A DNA stretch of 64,000 nucleotides, taken from Paragordius varius. Taxonomy: Eukaryota; Animalia; Nematomorpha. The position numbers and the translations under genes are program-made. Positions within the stretch are counted from its first letter, which is position 1. Every line of letters starts with the position of its first letter. Under the pieces are notes generated by a model. The model was not told the DNA's origin and ran no database searches. It was given only the letters and a program-made list of their open reading frames with translations. The stretch spans positions 8,370,001 to 8,434,000 of the forward strand of contig OZ176053.1 of NCBI GenBank assembly GCA_964247055.1, written 5' to 3'. Of the stretch, positions 12,156-26,900 are shown piece after piece.

Positions 12156-15100
12156 GGATCCAGCAGATTTGGAGTTGATGAAGAAACCTATGGTGGCTAA
12201 AGTAAAGTTTAACAATTGGTTACAACACATTCATTTCTGTCTCTTGGGGTAGTTAAATACCTCAGGCTTGTTTTAGATCAAATATTTCAAAAAATATATT
12301 GTATAAAAGAACCATGGCATAAGTTTGCACATATCTAACATTGAACCGAACTATGAAAAAAATCAGCCAAAAATAGTTAATTTTACTTATTCAGAAAGGA
12401 AAAAATTTAGATAACATGACTGAGTGCATAAGCTAATAATAATATAATATACCAATTTTGTGTTTATATCAATGTTTGAATAAAATAAAAAAAATTTAGT
12501 TTTGGGCTTATAATCAGATAAACACGATATAAAAATACTGTAAAATAAAAGGGCGTCCTGTTAGTTTGATATGGAGTTTTTTTTACAAAATTAATTTTAA
12601 TTTATTTTGGCTTATTGATATTTTTAATTAGGCTAAAGTTTAAAGTTTTGGAACTGTTTCGTTTTTTATTAAAAATCAATTCATATTTTGTCTGGGGTTT
12701 GGATACCCCAATAATCGAAGTGTTAATATTTAGATATCAGCCCTTTAATAATGATATTTATAGCTATTTATTCATAAATATCTGCGGTTTAATGGTATTT
12801 TACTTCATAAAAGCCAGCAGCCAGCCTAATAATCAATCGGACACCTTTTATTCATCCGTATGCTGCCCACTGCTTAAAAGTGAAAGAACACCTATATAAC
12901 CTTTTAATTTTTAGGTTTGATTGATAATGGCTTTTAGATACCACACAAGTGCGAAATTCTGTTCAACACTCCACCTTTTGGGCTAGTTTTATCCTGACTG
13001 ATATGTAAATTGAATATCTTAAAAATTAATATAACACTTTTTCTAGTCTTTTGGGCGCTAATTTTAAAAAAATCCGAATCTCAAATTTTTTACCGCCATT
13101 TTTTTCTATTTTAAATCGCCAACGAAACAGGCTATTGATATTATGATTATTAGAAAATGTAAATATTTTACTATAAAAATGCAAGATTTTACCAACAAAA
13201 ACCTTTTATATTAGGATTTTAATATCCGCTGTTCTATTTAACCATTGCAGCTGGCCAATTTCAAATTTTAAAAATCCGAAATATTTATCTATTACAAAAC
13301 AATGTTTAAAAATTAAATTTTAGGTACAATAAATTAAAAACTGTTTATTTAAAATTAAGCGCTGGTATACAAAATTAACCCAATATGTATACAAGGACAA
13401 AAAAGTAAGGAAATCAAGTGTAAAAACTGTCCCACTGTTATATTATCCATACAAGGATTTTATTTATTGTTAGGTCCACATATGTTGCTTTAAATTTGAA
13501 ATGGTACAATCATTTTCGCTAAAAAATATTTTTGGCAATGAAGTATCTAATAATATTAATATAGTCATTTGATCATTTTTATTCTAACGTCTTACGAATA
13601 AATTTTAAAATTTTGGATTTAAGAGATTTCGAAAAAATTTTGGACTACTATTTTATACACCTGAATGAAATATTCAAGTAAAATGCTTTTCTTAAATGTA
13701 GAACGGGGAAAAAATATATGGTTGCAAAGCATATAATATGGCAATTTAAGTTAATTAAATATTTTTGGTTCGTTGATAAAGTTGTCTCAAATTTCATAAT
13801 CAACCAAATAACTAATCTTCTACGAGAGGCGAAATATTTCAACATATTACGAATAAATATGTTAAATTTAAGTAAGATTTATATAATTTTAAAGCATATA
13901 GACCAACATTTAATACAATTCAAATTTGGCTCAACGAAATCCAGTATCCACCATTTAATGAATTTATAACTTTAATTGATAAATTGCTTAAACCGTTTAT
14001 TCCTATCTATGTTCATGGTTTCCCAGAAAATTTGCTCAACAAATATTTTATAAATTATATGGGTTACCATCAATTTTTAACAGTTGAAACGATATGCCAA
14101 GAGTTTGATAATCTTTGCTTCATATATGTAAATAATTTTTAAATATAACTTTATGCTGTTAATTTTATGAAGATATATTAATTAACCTTTATTTATTTAA
14201 TTTTAATGCATCCAAAATAACAGACTATATTGAACGGTTTGCTGCAAAAACCTCCATTGATGAATTGTATATTTTTTTACAACTGAAAGCTTTAGGATAT
14301 TATATTGAAAATAAATGTGATCAATAGGCTAGAATAATAATTTTCCTGCTATTAGCCAAATGAAAAAAATGCATTTTTGGCACATTAGGCAGAATAAAAT
14401 TATTTACAATATAGAAAAACATAATTTGATGGAATATCGCATTTTAATATAATTACAAATTATTAAAATAATAAGAAATAACAAAATATTTCGTCTTCTT
14501 TTCCATAGTTATCTAGAGAATTAATACTTGGGAGTATTCTACTATTTTAATATTTAATGAAATTGCCTCTCCTTAATTATCGATAAACTATTAATAAGGA
14601 ATAATAAAAATACCTTTAGTGCATATTATTTGAAATTAACAATTGATATTCTATGCTTTTTATATATATTTGTTATTTATCTAGAATATTAATCGCACCA
14701 CCTTGCTTTCAGAACTTTTACACTCTTCTATAAAATCAATTATAGACTCAAAATCATTGGAATCAAGAGAAACAATAATTCTATCTGCTTTCATTTATAT
14801 TAAGGTATTATAATTAAAATGAATGTTGGATTTAAAAAAAACCTTCTTGTAACAAAAAAATTTATATCTTGTCAAATCTTAATGTTGTCATCATATCAAT
14901 TATTTAACATACTTTCTGGTTGTATTTTTATACATTTTTAGAATTGTTTATTTTTTCTGAAATTTCTATTTTTTCATAAATTATGATATGTAATAGAAAT
15001 TTAATTTTATAGCTTCCATCCATAATTAATTATTGGATAAAAAATGAGATTCCAAACGATAACATATTGCTTTTATCAGCAGTGTACGCAAATATTTTGA

Positions 15101-18100
15101 CAAGCTATCAACCTGATGATTTGGATAATTATATGAATTTGTAATGTTTAAATTTATATTTGACATGTTATTAATTTATTTATGATGATATTTTTAATTT
15201 TTTTATTTATATTTGCCCAAAGTTAATTAATATAAGTGTATAATTTTAAATTTTAATGTCTTTTTTTCGATAATGATAACTAATCAGATACAGTTAAAAA
15301 TTATGTTAAAAAATTTATTTACTCTAGAAGCACTAAATAAATTGTAGTTTATAGCATACTATAATAGTTTCTATTAAGAAGCACGTTTTAATTGCCGTAT
15401 TTAAATTTGTTGAGAAATATTTTTCCGTATATAATTTATTCAACTAACTTTTACTGTAAAAATTTGTTTGATGGACCATATCAATAAAATCTAAATTTAT
15501 CAAAAATTTGGGTTATTAGTAGCTCAACCTATATAATTTTTTAAATTAATATTTTTAGCATTCAACATATAAAAATGCATATGGAATCTTTTTTGGATCA
15601 ATGCGCCGATGACGTGGAATTCCAGAATATTATGACACAAATGTATTTTTTATTAAATTATTTTGCATATTTTTTATAGCCTGCTTTCTATAAATTTTTC
15701 TATTTTTCACAAACTAATTGTCATTATAATTTGGCGGTCATATAATGCTGTGTAGTGGCACGGTATCATGACCATATGTATTTTATACTTGCCAAGTTTA
15801 TTTTTCGTGTCTGTTATTAATTTGTCGTTGGAATTAATTTTGTCATGAACTTTATTGAAGTTTTGCCTATGGGCTAAAAATATCCAATTTCGAAGCTTTT
15901 ACATGTTGATACGATAATTATTTAACAGGGACTAAGTTTCATTTTTTTTGTAAAATTATTCATATAACTTAGGCGAGAAAACACATTAAATAGCGACATA
16001 GATTATGATAACCTCTTAGCCTCAAAAGTTATAAAAGCTAATTCCACGTTAACCCTTATTTTGCAAGTATAATTTTTTGATGTAATCTATACCAAGACAT
16101 TTGAATTAGATTACAACAAGAATCTTGAGACAATCCTTGAAGTGCTTACTCATATACTTTTAAACAATAATTTGGATTTGATTTTATGCGTTGCCATTAA
16201 TTCCGATAAGTTACAGATATTAGTACAAAGATTGAACAAGTAATAATTTATTTACAAAACGAGTATTTAAGAAATATTACGTTAAAGTAGTTTAATTGGT
16301 AAAAAATTTTATGCTTTATTGCTGATAAATAAAATTATTATCTGGTGGCATAAATACATAGAAAATTATGTCACTATACGGTAAAATCCTTAAAATTCTA
16401 CAATTATGCATGTATTACAAATATTTGTGAATTTTTCTTTTTTATCATTTCATGTCCGGATATTATGTTTTAAACAAGGAGTTATTTGTATTTTAAAAGC
16501 TAAATTTATTTATATATTTATTTATAGTAGTTTTGGATCCCAAAATTTGACACACAGTGTGTGTAACAACAAAATCTTTCTTTTATTAATAATTTCATCA
16601 TTTTTTTCAATTTGTAGTTTTTTGGAATTGAGCAAAGAAGCAATGGCAGAAGGTGGGAAACAAGCCAATAATCGCGCAACCATTTATGACATATCACTTT
16701 TAATATTGTCCTACGTCGAAATATTATATACTAAAAATATTATGGTTTGATTATGATTATAACCTTATTACAAATCATATAGACTAATTTATAATACATT
16801 TTTATAACCATAATTTTTTATTTAGACGGAAAGCAAAACTATTGGAGTTTCTTTTAATGAAAAAAATAAATTACATCATAATCCGTTTGAAACTATGGAC
16901 AAAAATCGGGTCGATGCATATCTTACCATATTTTTGGCTACCGGATTTGAACTCATAACCACGTATATAATATTGAAATATAGTTTTATGTTATTGATGC
17001 TTTAACATGCCTCACTTATCAGTTTACTTTTAGGTTAAAGGTTGCAAATTCAATGATTTTTTTGAAAACTTGCGTTTTCGCATAATTTACATTTATATTT
17101 GAATCTTTTTACAGGCATTATGTTAGAATCTACGAAAAGGATTTGACAATAAGGGTGAGAAGTTTTCTGAGCTTTTGTTGAGGCCCGTAGTTGAAATTAT
17201 AATGGGCTAAGAATACTTTCATTGGTCCAAAATTATTTATTATCTACATTTTATTAAGTAAAGGGTGTTTTTATCTCTAATTTTATTTTTCTATATGATT
17301 GGTGCTTTTAGTAGACGCTTTGGTTTTTTTAATAATCAACCGTTTTTAATAATTGTAAAGTGCATATAACTAATTGGATTTTGTAGATTAATGAAATGGC
17401 AAGATTTACAGACGCAAATTCCTTATGTTTTCTATGAAATTTTTATTGGTTACAGTCAAGGGATCATAAACAAGGAATCTTTAACAGTAAATCAAAAGTT
17501 TTTTTATACCTATCATTTTTCATACATTTAATTGTTTGAAAAACTTTTATTATATGTTTACATATAGATTATAATGGACAAAATACGAAATAAGATGCCA
17601 TCCCTTCTGATCTCTATATTTTCATGGTGCAAATCCTTTTTACCCTATTACAATAAGGAATTATATGAAACATATATTGAATCGTTTTTACAACAATACC
17701 TTGAAATGTGGTCTAGCCCTAACTTAATTTCAAAAGATAGCACCAATGGTGGAATAAATGGTAATTCAGTGCCATTAAAAATACCAGGTACGGGGAATGA
17801 TGGTGGAACTAATAATGATATCAATTATATGAAATCTACTATCAATGATAGGTTATTTTTCCCTTTGATTTATATCTTAGATATAGAATAAAGTGTATTA
17901 TCATATTTTTTAATCATATTTACTTTAGATGCATCATTGCTCAATCTATCATCAAACATATAATAAATCCGACCAACAGTTCTCATCAAATTATAGTATT
18001 GCCTCAAAAAACCACATCAAATAAATATTATAGGCAAATTATTGATCCAAATACTATGACTTACAAATTAAATGATATTGAAAATATCTATAATGCAAAC

Positions 18101-19389
18101 ATTCAACGTTTGAATGAATGTTTCTATCAAATGGATATCAATATTGTTAAGTTATTTCAAGGGGAATGTAATCGATACATGATACATGATAATTGTTTTA
18201 AAAATATTTTGGACATAATCCAAGAACATGCACAATGTTTATATAAATATCAAGTTATTATTGAAGAATCAAATTCCGCGGATAACACCATAAATACCGT
18301 TTCCACTAAATCTAATAATATAATTTATACGCAACTAATGGAAATGTTAAGCGGTAAACTCCCAAACCTAATGACCTATATGTTAAAACTCCCCAAAAAC
18401 CAATTGTTAATTCTGTGTGCCTTTTATGTCGAGACATATATTAAATGTAAATTCTATATATTTTATTTTGATATTGTGTACCTTTTATGTCGAGACATAT
18501 ATTAAATGTAAATTTTATATATTTTATTTTGATATTATTTATTATACATAACTTTTATAGGGTTGAAAGACGACATTTTAAAAACACTATGCAATGAAGT
18601 TTTTTGTGATTGGGCCAATCAAATATTGCTGTTATTGTATTCCATTTTGAATCAGGCAGCAAAAAAGGATAATAACGTGTTTACTGAAAATTGTGTAATC
18701 CAATCCATTGGTAATTGTTATTATTTAAATCACAATTTTAATTATTGTGGTTTATTATTAAATTTGGAAATTTTAATCTAAACGCATAGTTTTATAGTCA
18801 ATCTTTTTGTGAAAAAATATAATTAAAATACCTAACGCTTAAGTTACATTTGCGCAATGAAAGCTTTTTTCGATATATCTGCAAAGATTATATGTGCTAT
18901 ATTTAAATATTAAGTAATTAATTTAATGCGGATGTCGACAATTAAAGCTTATTATAGGAACAAAATTTTAAACCCAAGTACTTGTATTTTAAACTACGTT
19001 GATACTATTTAGTAGTAAATGCAAAAAATATCAGTTTGAACCTTGTAAAATAAAAAATAACTTTTAAAATATATTAAAATTTTATTCTACCTTTATATTA
19101 TTTAGAGCATATATGTGAAAATTTTCAACAGCTAATTGATGAGGAAAATATTGATTTAAGAATCAACTTTCCCTTATCATTTGTTAAAAGATTACATGAC
19201 GTGGAACAAAATCTGAAGGCACAAATTTTGACAAAGTTACCAACATCGCTTTTGCCAAAACTTGTAATTTATTTTCCAAACGCATTTAATGAAAATATTT
19301 TACTATCTTATCATTGTGAAAATCAAAATAGTGAATTCATTGAGGAATTACTTTTGTTGTATTATAACAAAATAGGTTTAATAAATTGA
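12156..19389 (+). CDS. MED24: Mediator subunit 24-like, highly diverged; 5' and middle exons only partly resolved
   Basis: Supported exons: 12156-12201, 12741-?, 13895-14127, 16618-16744, 17568-17851, 17929-18446, 18561-18710, 19106-19389 (stop); phases of the last five are consistent. ADLELMKKPMVAKPFNNDIYSYLFINICGLMVFY aligns ungapped to recalled MED24 LADALLEQAMIGPSPNPLILSYLKYAISSQMVSY. EGGKQANNRATIYDISLLILSYVEILY matches the recalled RALLFDISFLMLC motif. Confidence 0.68.
12213..12722 (-). mobile_element. piggyBac-type MITE (family B), full length, inside a MED24 intron
   Basis: TTAA at 12209-12212 and 12723-12726. Reverse complement of the copies at 41907 and 45315. Confidence 0.8.
18414..18535 (+). 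repeat. 61-bp tandem duplication spanning a MED24 exon/intron boundary
   Basis: 18414-18474 and 18475-18535 differ at 2 positions; both contain TATATTAAAT|GTAAATT. Confidence 0.92.
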
Positions 19390-19449
19390 ATTTATTGGTA
19401 GTTATTGAAAGAAAATAGGCCAAGATATATAAGATGATTGAATAAAAGA

Positions 19450-20345
19450 ATTGTTGGAAATGATTGAGTAGTATAATTGGATGGGTGTGTTGCTAAAGTC
19501 GAGGTCGAATTTTCGTAATATTATAAATTAAACTCCTCGATAAATTGCGGCATTTAATTCATTGAATTTTCCATGTTTTAACTCATTATTTTCCAGTACC
19601 TGGTTCTTCATCGGTCTTTTTGTCGATCACTGACCTTTTTTAACATCAAATACTTCTCCAATAATCTCCATATCATAATGCCGCCAAATTAATATAAATT
19701 AGCACGAAGGAACAAACTCTGACACATCAGGGATTTTGATTAAGTATATTTTTGTAAGACCATATTATTTGAGGAAGTTTTCTTTAAACCCAAAACTAAA
19801 TAGATTAACTGTTCATCAGATAGAGTCGATATCTCCACCCATAAAGAAAGGTGGGGCAGTTTGCATTGACTATCGGATTTTTGTTTCAAAACTGACATCA
19901 TGTGATGTCCAAATCTTATTGTATTATATGGCTGTTTTGGCCATTTCTGTGTTTAATCACGAGTGTAAATTTTAACTTCCTAGGCGAGAATTTTCATTAT
20001 TTATATTTCGAAGTATGTGGCTACTGAATCGTTAGGTTTCGGGTTAATTTGTAATATTTGCTTTGTATTTATTTGTAAAACATGTTCTCCACATAAAACT
20101 GCAAAACGGCTACAATGTTTATTATAGTGAACTTAATGTGTCTGGTGAAAATAACCATATCATCCGCATAATGAATAGGTTAGACAGTATTTGCCGTTGC
20201 GTATGCCAGGTGTATCGGGTAAATTTCTGATTATGCATTCAAGAAATGCATGAAATAGCATGGGCGGTATTTTTCGGATAATTGGACTCGCTCGGAAAAA
20301 TTATAAAATGAATTCCTTATTTTTGCTCTTAAGCCACACCATAAA
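19450..20345 (-). mobile_element. Decayed non-LTR retrotransposon (RTE-like) reverse-transcriptase fragment
   Basis: Frameshifted minus-strand translation gives PPMLFHAFLECIIRNLPDTPGIRNG, then HYADDMVIF (YADD at 20159-20170), then AKTAI.YNKIWTSHDVSFETKIR. Multiple stops. Confidence 0.72.
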
Positions 20346-20558
20346 TAAAGTTTGAAATAAATAAACCTATTAAGTGATACACATCGTTTATAACCAAGTT
20401 AATTTATGTTGATCATCTTGCACTTTTTCGATTATTAGATAAAGCCGTGATTTAATCGTTGGAGATCACCCACCCAGAATCCTCATATGGGCTCAAAATA
20501 AAAAAATAAGTTAATCATATTATATTTTTCAAATATCTAAATATCATTATTCATAGGA

Positions 20559-21413
20559 CAGTGTTACGAAAAAATCGGATGAAATATATATATTCTGAAA
20601 AACATGTATCAGGATTATCATGGTGCTTTTGGTTTTGGTTCTACGAGTGATTTAACAAATTATTTAAACTATTAAGGTAGATGCTCCATATCGAATGGCA
20701 ATATTTGGGCAATTTTTTTAAATAAAATTTTTAAAGCATAATGCTTCATTCCAAAAAGATCACCAAAATACTAAATTACCATTAAAAAGCAAAACAATAT
20801 GAATAAAATTTTTTATTTTTAGATCTGGGCTCCAAAAGTTCCAAATGGCTCTCCTAAAACGGTTTTCTTAAAATAAAGGCAAAAATGCTGAGATTTCGCG
20901 AAATTATATTCTAACTTTTGGTAATAACTAAAAACATTTTTTGAAAATGCATATTTTCAAAAATTTTATTTTCTGCAAAATTTTGTTGAAGCGTGCTTCA
21001 TACTAATTTGACGCGATGGAAACTTATAAAAACGCTTTATAAAAACAAAATACTCTTTCTAGATAATGCTGAACATCTTCATGACCTCAGATATCGGATT
21101 AAAACATTCGTTCGTCTTCAAGATTATATTAAATGACTTTTGGAGCCCATATCTAAAATGATAAATTTTCATAAAAATTATGTTTTGCTTTTTTTTGGTT
21201 GTTTTACTTTTGGTGAAAATATTTTGGAATAAAGCGTTTTGCTTTGACCAAAAAAATTGTTTAAAAAAATGAGGGTAAATTTTGCCAAGCACTTGTTACA
21301 AAAGTCTAATTAAATTTCTTAAATCAGTAAGGGCCAACAAAACTAACCATAATAATCCTTATACATTTTTCTAACAGAGAATACATATTTCATCTGGTTT
21401 TTTCTAAACACTC
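20559..21413. mobile_element. Palindromic MITE (family E, CAGTG-type termini, Tc1/mariner-like)
   Basis: CAGTGTTACGAAAAAATCGGATGAAATATAT at the left with its inverted match at 21370-21413. Homologous to 56536-57717. Degenerate arms also at ~32920-33110, 33850-33970, 42760-42870 and 48970-49130. Confidence 0.7.
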
Positions 21414-21805
21414 GGTGGATGTAGTGTTTATCGAATAATATTTAATCAGGTTATCATGTGAACTGTGTTTATGTTAATTTACGAATAAGTATGGCTTTAG
21501 ATGGGTGAAAATAATTAACCAGTAATTTATTGTTATTATGATTTTTATTTTCAAAAAAAATGTAGTAATGCACAGATAGCGAAACTGTGCTAACGTTTAA
21601 TATATTTTCTTAATATGAGAAATGCCTTTGGTGATTATTTAAAGTAATAAAACAAGAAATATTTCAATATTAACTAGTATTACAGTGTATTATGATGCAG
21701 ATATGTCAGAAAATATATTTACCTAAAGTACCTTCTATTTAAACTGCATCATCAGTTGGTATTCATTTATCGTTTGGTTCCACATGTGCAATTTTTAATT
21801 ACCTT

Positions 21806-23884
21806 ATGAAAAAACCTTGTCCCTTTATATCACAATTCAGTGGAAAATTTCTGAAAAATTATGGATTTATATTATTTAAAGAATATGGAAAATTGTGCCC
21901 TTTTCTTAATTCCGTAAAAAAATTGGATAACTTTGGTAATTTTATTTCGTTTTAAATAGTTTACTAATCTAGTCACGCGATATCGAGTAAATATAAAAAG
22001 CGAATTAAACTGTGTCAAATCTTCAGTTATTTTGGCTTTTTTACTTTTATTCTTTTTAAACTAAATTTATGAAATGGTTTAATATCCTTGAATATCGTAT
22101 ACTTAAATATAAAAGTAATTAACATATATTATATAGGTTAGGTAATTTCCACCTTATTTTTGTATAATTATTATCAATTTATTATATATTATATGGTATC
22201 ATACATATCTATTAATATGGACAGAAACTGTAAATCAACTCTCATATTCTACTTCCGTTGTAAACCATAATGTAAAACCGTTTCCCACTAAACAATTTGA
22301 TGAATTAAATGTGACAAATGTCAATTTCAAAAAATATGAGGAACGTCCCATTCTCACCGATCTAAACCATACACCATCCTCTTTATCATTCAGCGATACA
22401 GATCACACCAATGGTCAAATAAAAACATCCGACACATTAACTCCGTTTGATTATGAAATATTTTTACATGGAAAATTGGAACAAAAGAAACGTGAACATT
22501 CCTACCGAATTTTCAAACGACTCGGAAGGTTGGCTGGAGAATTTCCTCACGCCGAACATTACAATGATGCCGAAAATGTGGAATATCACGATAAAATTAC
22601 CGTTTGGTGTAGCAATGATTATTTGGGCATGAGCCGTCATCCGCTTGTTAAAAATGCTGTCAGGTAAGAATCAAATTTCTTGCCTTAAATAAATGAAATT
22701 TATATCTATATCCTTACTTGTTTATATAATATATAATTTGTGAATGTTTTGAGTTTTCACCAAAATGCGGATTTATGAATATCTTCCTGTGTAATTAAAT
22801 GCTCAACTTGACAAAATTTGAGCCGGATTTCATTACTTTTTTAACCTGATTATTATCATTGTTCTAACAAATGAGTTTTTGTCCTTGGTGTCCTATATTT
22901 TTTACTTAAAACTCTAACAAATATCCCAATAATTGAGTTTTTTTCAAACCATAATGTATAACATTTGTGTTTTGTAAAGATACTTTTATTAAATCATATG
23001 CACTAAAAGACATTTGATAGCGAAAAAATATTTTTAACCCCATTAAGTTAATATATATATTTTTACGCTGTAACATAATATTTTCGTTTTTTTAAAAAAT
23101 AACTTATTTTAAACATATACATACCAATTATATGTTTAATTTTAGCCAAAAATTTAAGTTGTTTAACGATTACGTGATACTTTTTTTTCGGTCTTGATGT
23201 AGTTCTGATATTAAATCCTACATATGTTTTTAACTAATGATATATTATTATTATAATAAAGTAATTTGTTGTTATTGTTTTAGAAATTAAGTTTGCCAAA
23301 TTAATTTTACATATATCCTTATATAGATCTTCGCTGGTTTTACGGCTGATATTTGATTATAATTTAAGAGCTATTGGCAAGATTAATTTTTTGAAATTGA
23401 AAAAGGGGGAAGATTAATACAATAGGATGGATGTATTTACACAACAATTTATATTATTTTTACATCCTTATTCGTGTATATTTTTTGTTTTTTTTGTCTT
23501 TCGTGGAATTACTTTTGTAAAACAACAAAAATAACAATTAGGCACTTTTCTGTTAATTTTTTCAGTTTAAACAATTTAATTTAAATTCTCCCTTTTTAGG
23601 TTTTAAACAAATAATTTTTTAATTAATATCAAAATAGATTGAAATTGACTTGGTAAGATAACGGTTTATTATGGATCCAAGCCAAAACTATTACGGTTTT
23701 AAACCCTCATAATTAATAAAATATCTTTTCCATACCAATTTTAAACATAAGGTTTGATAAAGTCCTAAAATGATTATTTTTGAAAATAAAATGTATGGCT
23801 CATATGTTTTAAAATTAACTTCACCACAATAATGATGATTAAAATAATTCACGCCTTAATTAATACTTTTAATTAATATGGGTG

Positions 23885-23919
<35 letters not shown>

Positions 23920-26900
23920 CACTTGCTAATAGTCTCGCAAATTTCGTAATTTATTAATGTTCGTTTATTTGTGAATATGATATATTAATTAAAAATATTA
24001 TTTATAACTTTGAAATGTCCATGTTATCGACATTTCAGACTAAATTTGAGAATTTAGGTTAAATTACATAGCAAACCTTAAAAATATTCTTTTCTAAAAG
24101 CCTTGTGATTTGAAATGACGTATAAAGCATTCCAGCAAATCAAAACAAAACTAAAATTATAATGTGAGATATTCAAAAAACCTTGTTTTTTCACTATTCA
24201 TTTTTCTTAACCGACCACCTATTTCTACCTAATTGCATATGTTAATTTGGAATCGAAATATATATTAGCTTATTCGGGTTTTGTCATTAATTGTTTGAAA
24301 TTTTTTGAGAGAATCTCACAGACTACCGTTATTTTTCTGATACTTATCTGATTGTTTCACATAAATCGAAGTTTACATTGTTCGATAAATCTCAATAGTT
24401 AAATTTAATGTTCTTTAATAGGGAAGCCCTGGAAAAGTATGGGGCTGGTTCAGGAGGTACACGAAACATTGCTGGGAACTCGATATTACATGAAAAACTT
24501 GAATCTTTACTTGCCCAATTACATTTGAAGGAAAAGGCACTTCTTTTCACTTCGTGTTATGTTGCGAATGATACTACGCTCTTTACATTGGCCAAATTGT
24601 TGCCAGGTTACTTATAATATTGTAAACTCAATTTGTTTGTATGTCAAAATTATAATTTTTCTTGTATGTTAACAGGTACTCTTTTTTATACATACATAAG
24701 GAAATCCTTAATTGTACACGAACGCGCAAAATTAGATTCAGTTAAAAATATAATTTTGACATATAACTAATTGATATCATTAATGCATTTTGGATAATGT
24801 ATTATTAATGAGAAGTGTACCCATTGAAGTGGTATATTTTTTGAATAGGAACAAGTACCAAATTGCTATTGCTTTTTTTGGACACAAATGGTTAACAACA
24901 TTTTTTGCAGTAATTATATATGGAAAAAAGGACATATCAATTATAATATTCATGTGACTTATATTAGTTATATATGTAGTTTAATTAAATTATCCCCAAA
25001 ACATGCCTATTTTCTTTCTAGTCAAAAATATATTGTGTGTATGTTCTTTTTTAGGGTGTCATATATTCTCAGATGCGGGTAATCATGCATCCATGATACA
25101 GGGTATACGTAACAGTGGCATGCCTAAATACATCTTTCGTCACAATGATCCCGAACATTTGGAAACTTTATTGAATGAGGTCCCGTTGGAAACGCCCAAA
25201 ATTGTGGCCTTTGAAACGGTTCACTCGATGTCTGGTAAATTTTGTTTTATATTGTGTCTATTGTATTTAAAAAGAGAAACCTTTGTTTTGGCATTTTTGT
25301 TCCAATAAAATTCCATTTTTTTCCTTTTTCTTTGTTGTTTTGTTAAATTAATTAATAAGCCTGATGATTGTTAATTGAGGGGGGGGGGATTGCTTACTTA
25401 TTTAATTAGTGTCTGCGGCTTAGGGTTATTTATAATACACATATATCTAGTTTATCCCTATGCTTTTAATATAAATCCGTTAATTGATCTAAAATATCAA
25501 TGGCATTTTGATAAAGGGCGTTTTTATTGAATAAGAAGTTTTAAAGTGTTATAATTAACCTAATTTAATCTCTATAACTGTTTACTTACATTCATATATC
25601 CTAATACCCTTTTAAGAAAAGGTTTGGTTGAGATTTTTCTAAAAAATATGGCTTAAATGTGACACATGCTGTAATATGTCCTAATTATAGTTGGTTTGAT
25701 ATTTTAAAACATATTTAAAGGTAATGTTAAATGAAAGGCTATCAACATATACAGGCACTTTGTAAAGAAGTACCTCATAATTAGCATTATTTAAATTCAA
25801 TAAGGGTTAAATTCGTTAATAATTATTTCTTCTCTATATCATATACAAGGTGCTATTTGTCCGTTGAAAAAATTGTGCGATATAGCTCATTCCTATGGTG
25901 CTTTAACGTTTGTGGACGAGGTTCATGCCGTGGGATTGTATGGAAAACGAGGTGCCGGTATTGGAGAGCGAAACCAGTGTTTAAACCATATGGATATGAT
26001 AACTGGGACTTTAGGTTAGTCATGGTTGGTTTATAACATTTTTTAATTTGGAAACCTTATTTAATTAAATTTTTATCTGTGCAATTTGATATTTTTTGAT
26101 GTTTCTTGAAAGTAATCAAGAGTTCTTTATGATTTATCGATAAATAACCATACTATTAGCAATATTTTAAGTTGATTTAGTAATAGTCTTTTATAACCTT
26201 ATATAAAGGTTTAAACAATACATTAACAAACCACATATACATGTTTGAAAATGTTTACATATTCATTTTAAAGTATGACATATATTGTCTTTAAATATAA
26301 CCTGATATAAAGGTTTAAATAATATATTAACAGTTTAAAAATGTTTTACTCAATTTTAGGCAAAGCGTTTGGGAGTATTGGTGGATACCTGGCCGGTTCG
26401 TCGACGCTTATAGATGCGGTGCGAAGTTTTGGTTCTGGGTTTATTTTCACAACATCTCTCCCACCGACTGTCTTGGCCGCGGCTATATCATCCATTCAGG
26501 TATGCGATTTAGTTTTATTCACTATTGAATATCTTTTTATTGTGTTATTATAATTTGGACGATGATAAATAATTTGGGATAATTTTATAGCATTTATAAA
26601 AACATCTAAACTCAAAATATTAGATCATTTGTTACAGGTCATATAAAATTAATTTTTCCAAATGCTTGTTTTTCGAATTTTCCATATCTATTATTAGTTC
26701 GTATTTTACCTCTTCTATATTTATAAAATTGTTAATTCATATTTTCCGTGTTAAACTGTTTAAAATTAAATTTATGTTCATATATTTGTATATGGCATTA
26801 TTTCAATGTTTGGTTGTAACATATTTTGACTTTTATACTTAAATGTTTGTAATTTCATCTAAATTTCAAATTTAATTTTTTAGATTTTAATGAGCTCAGA

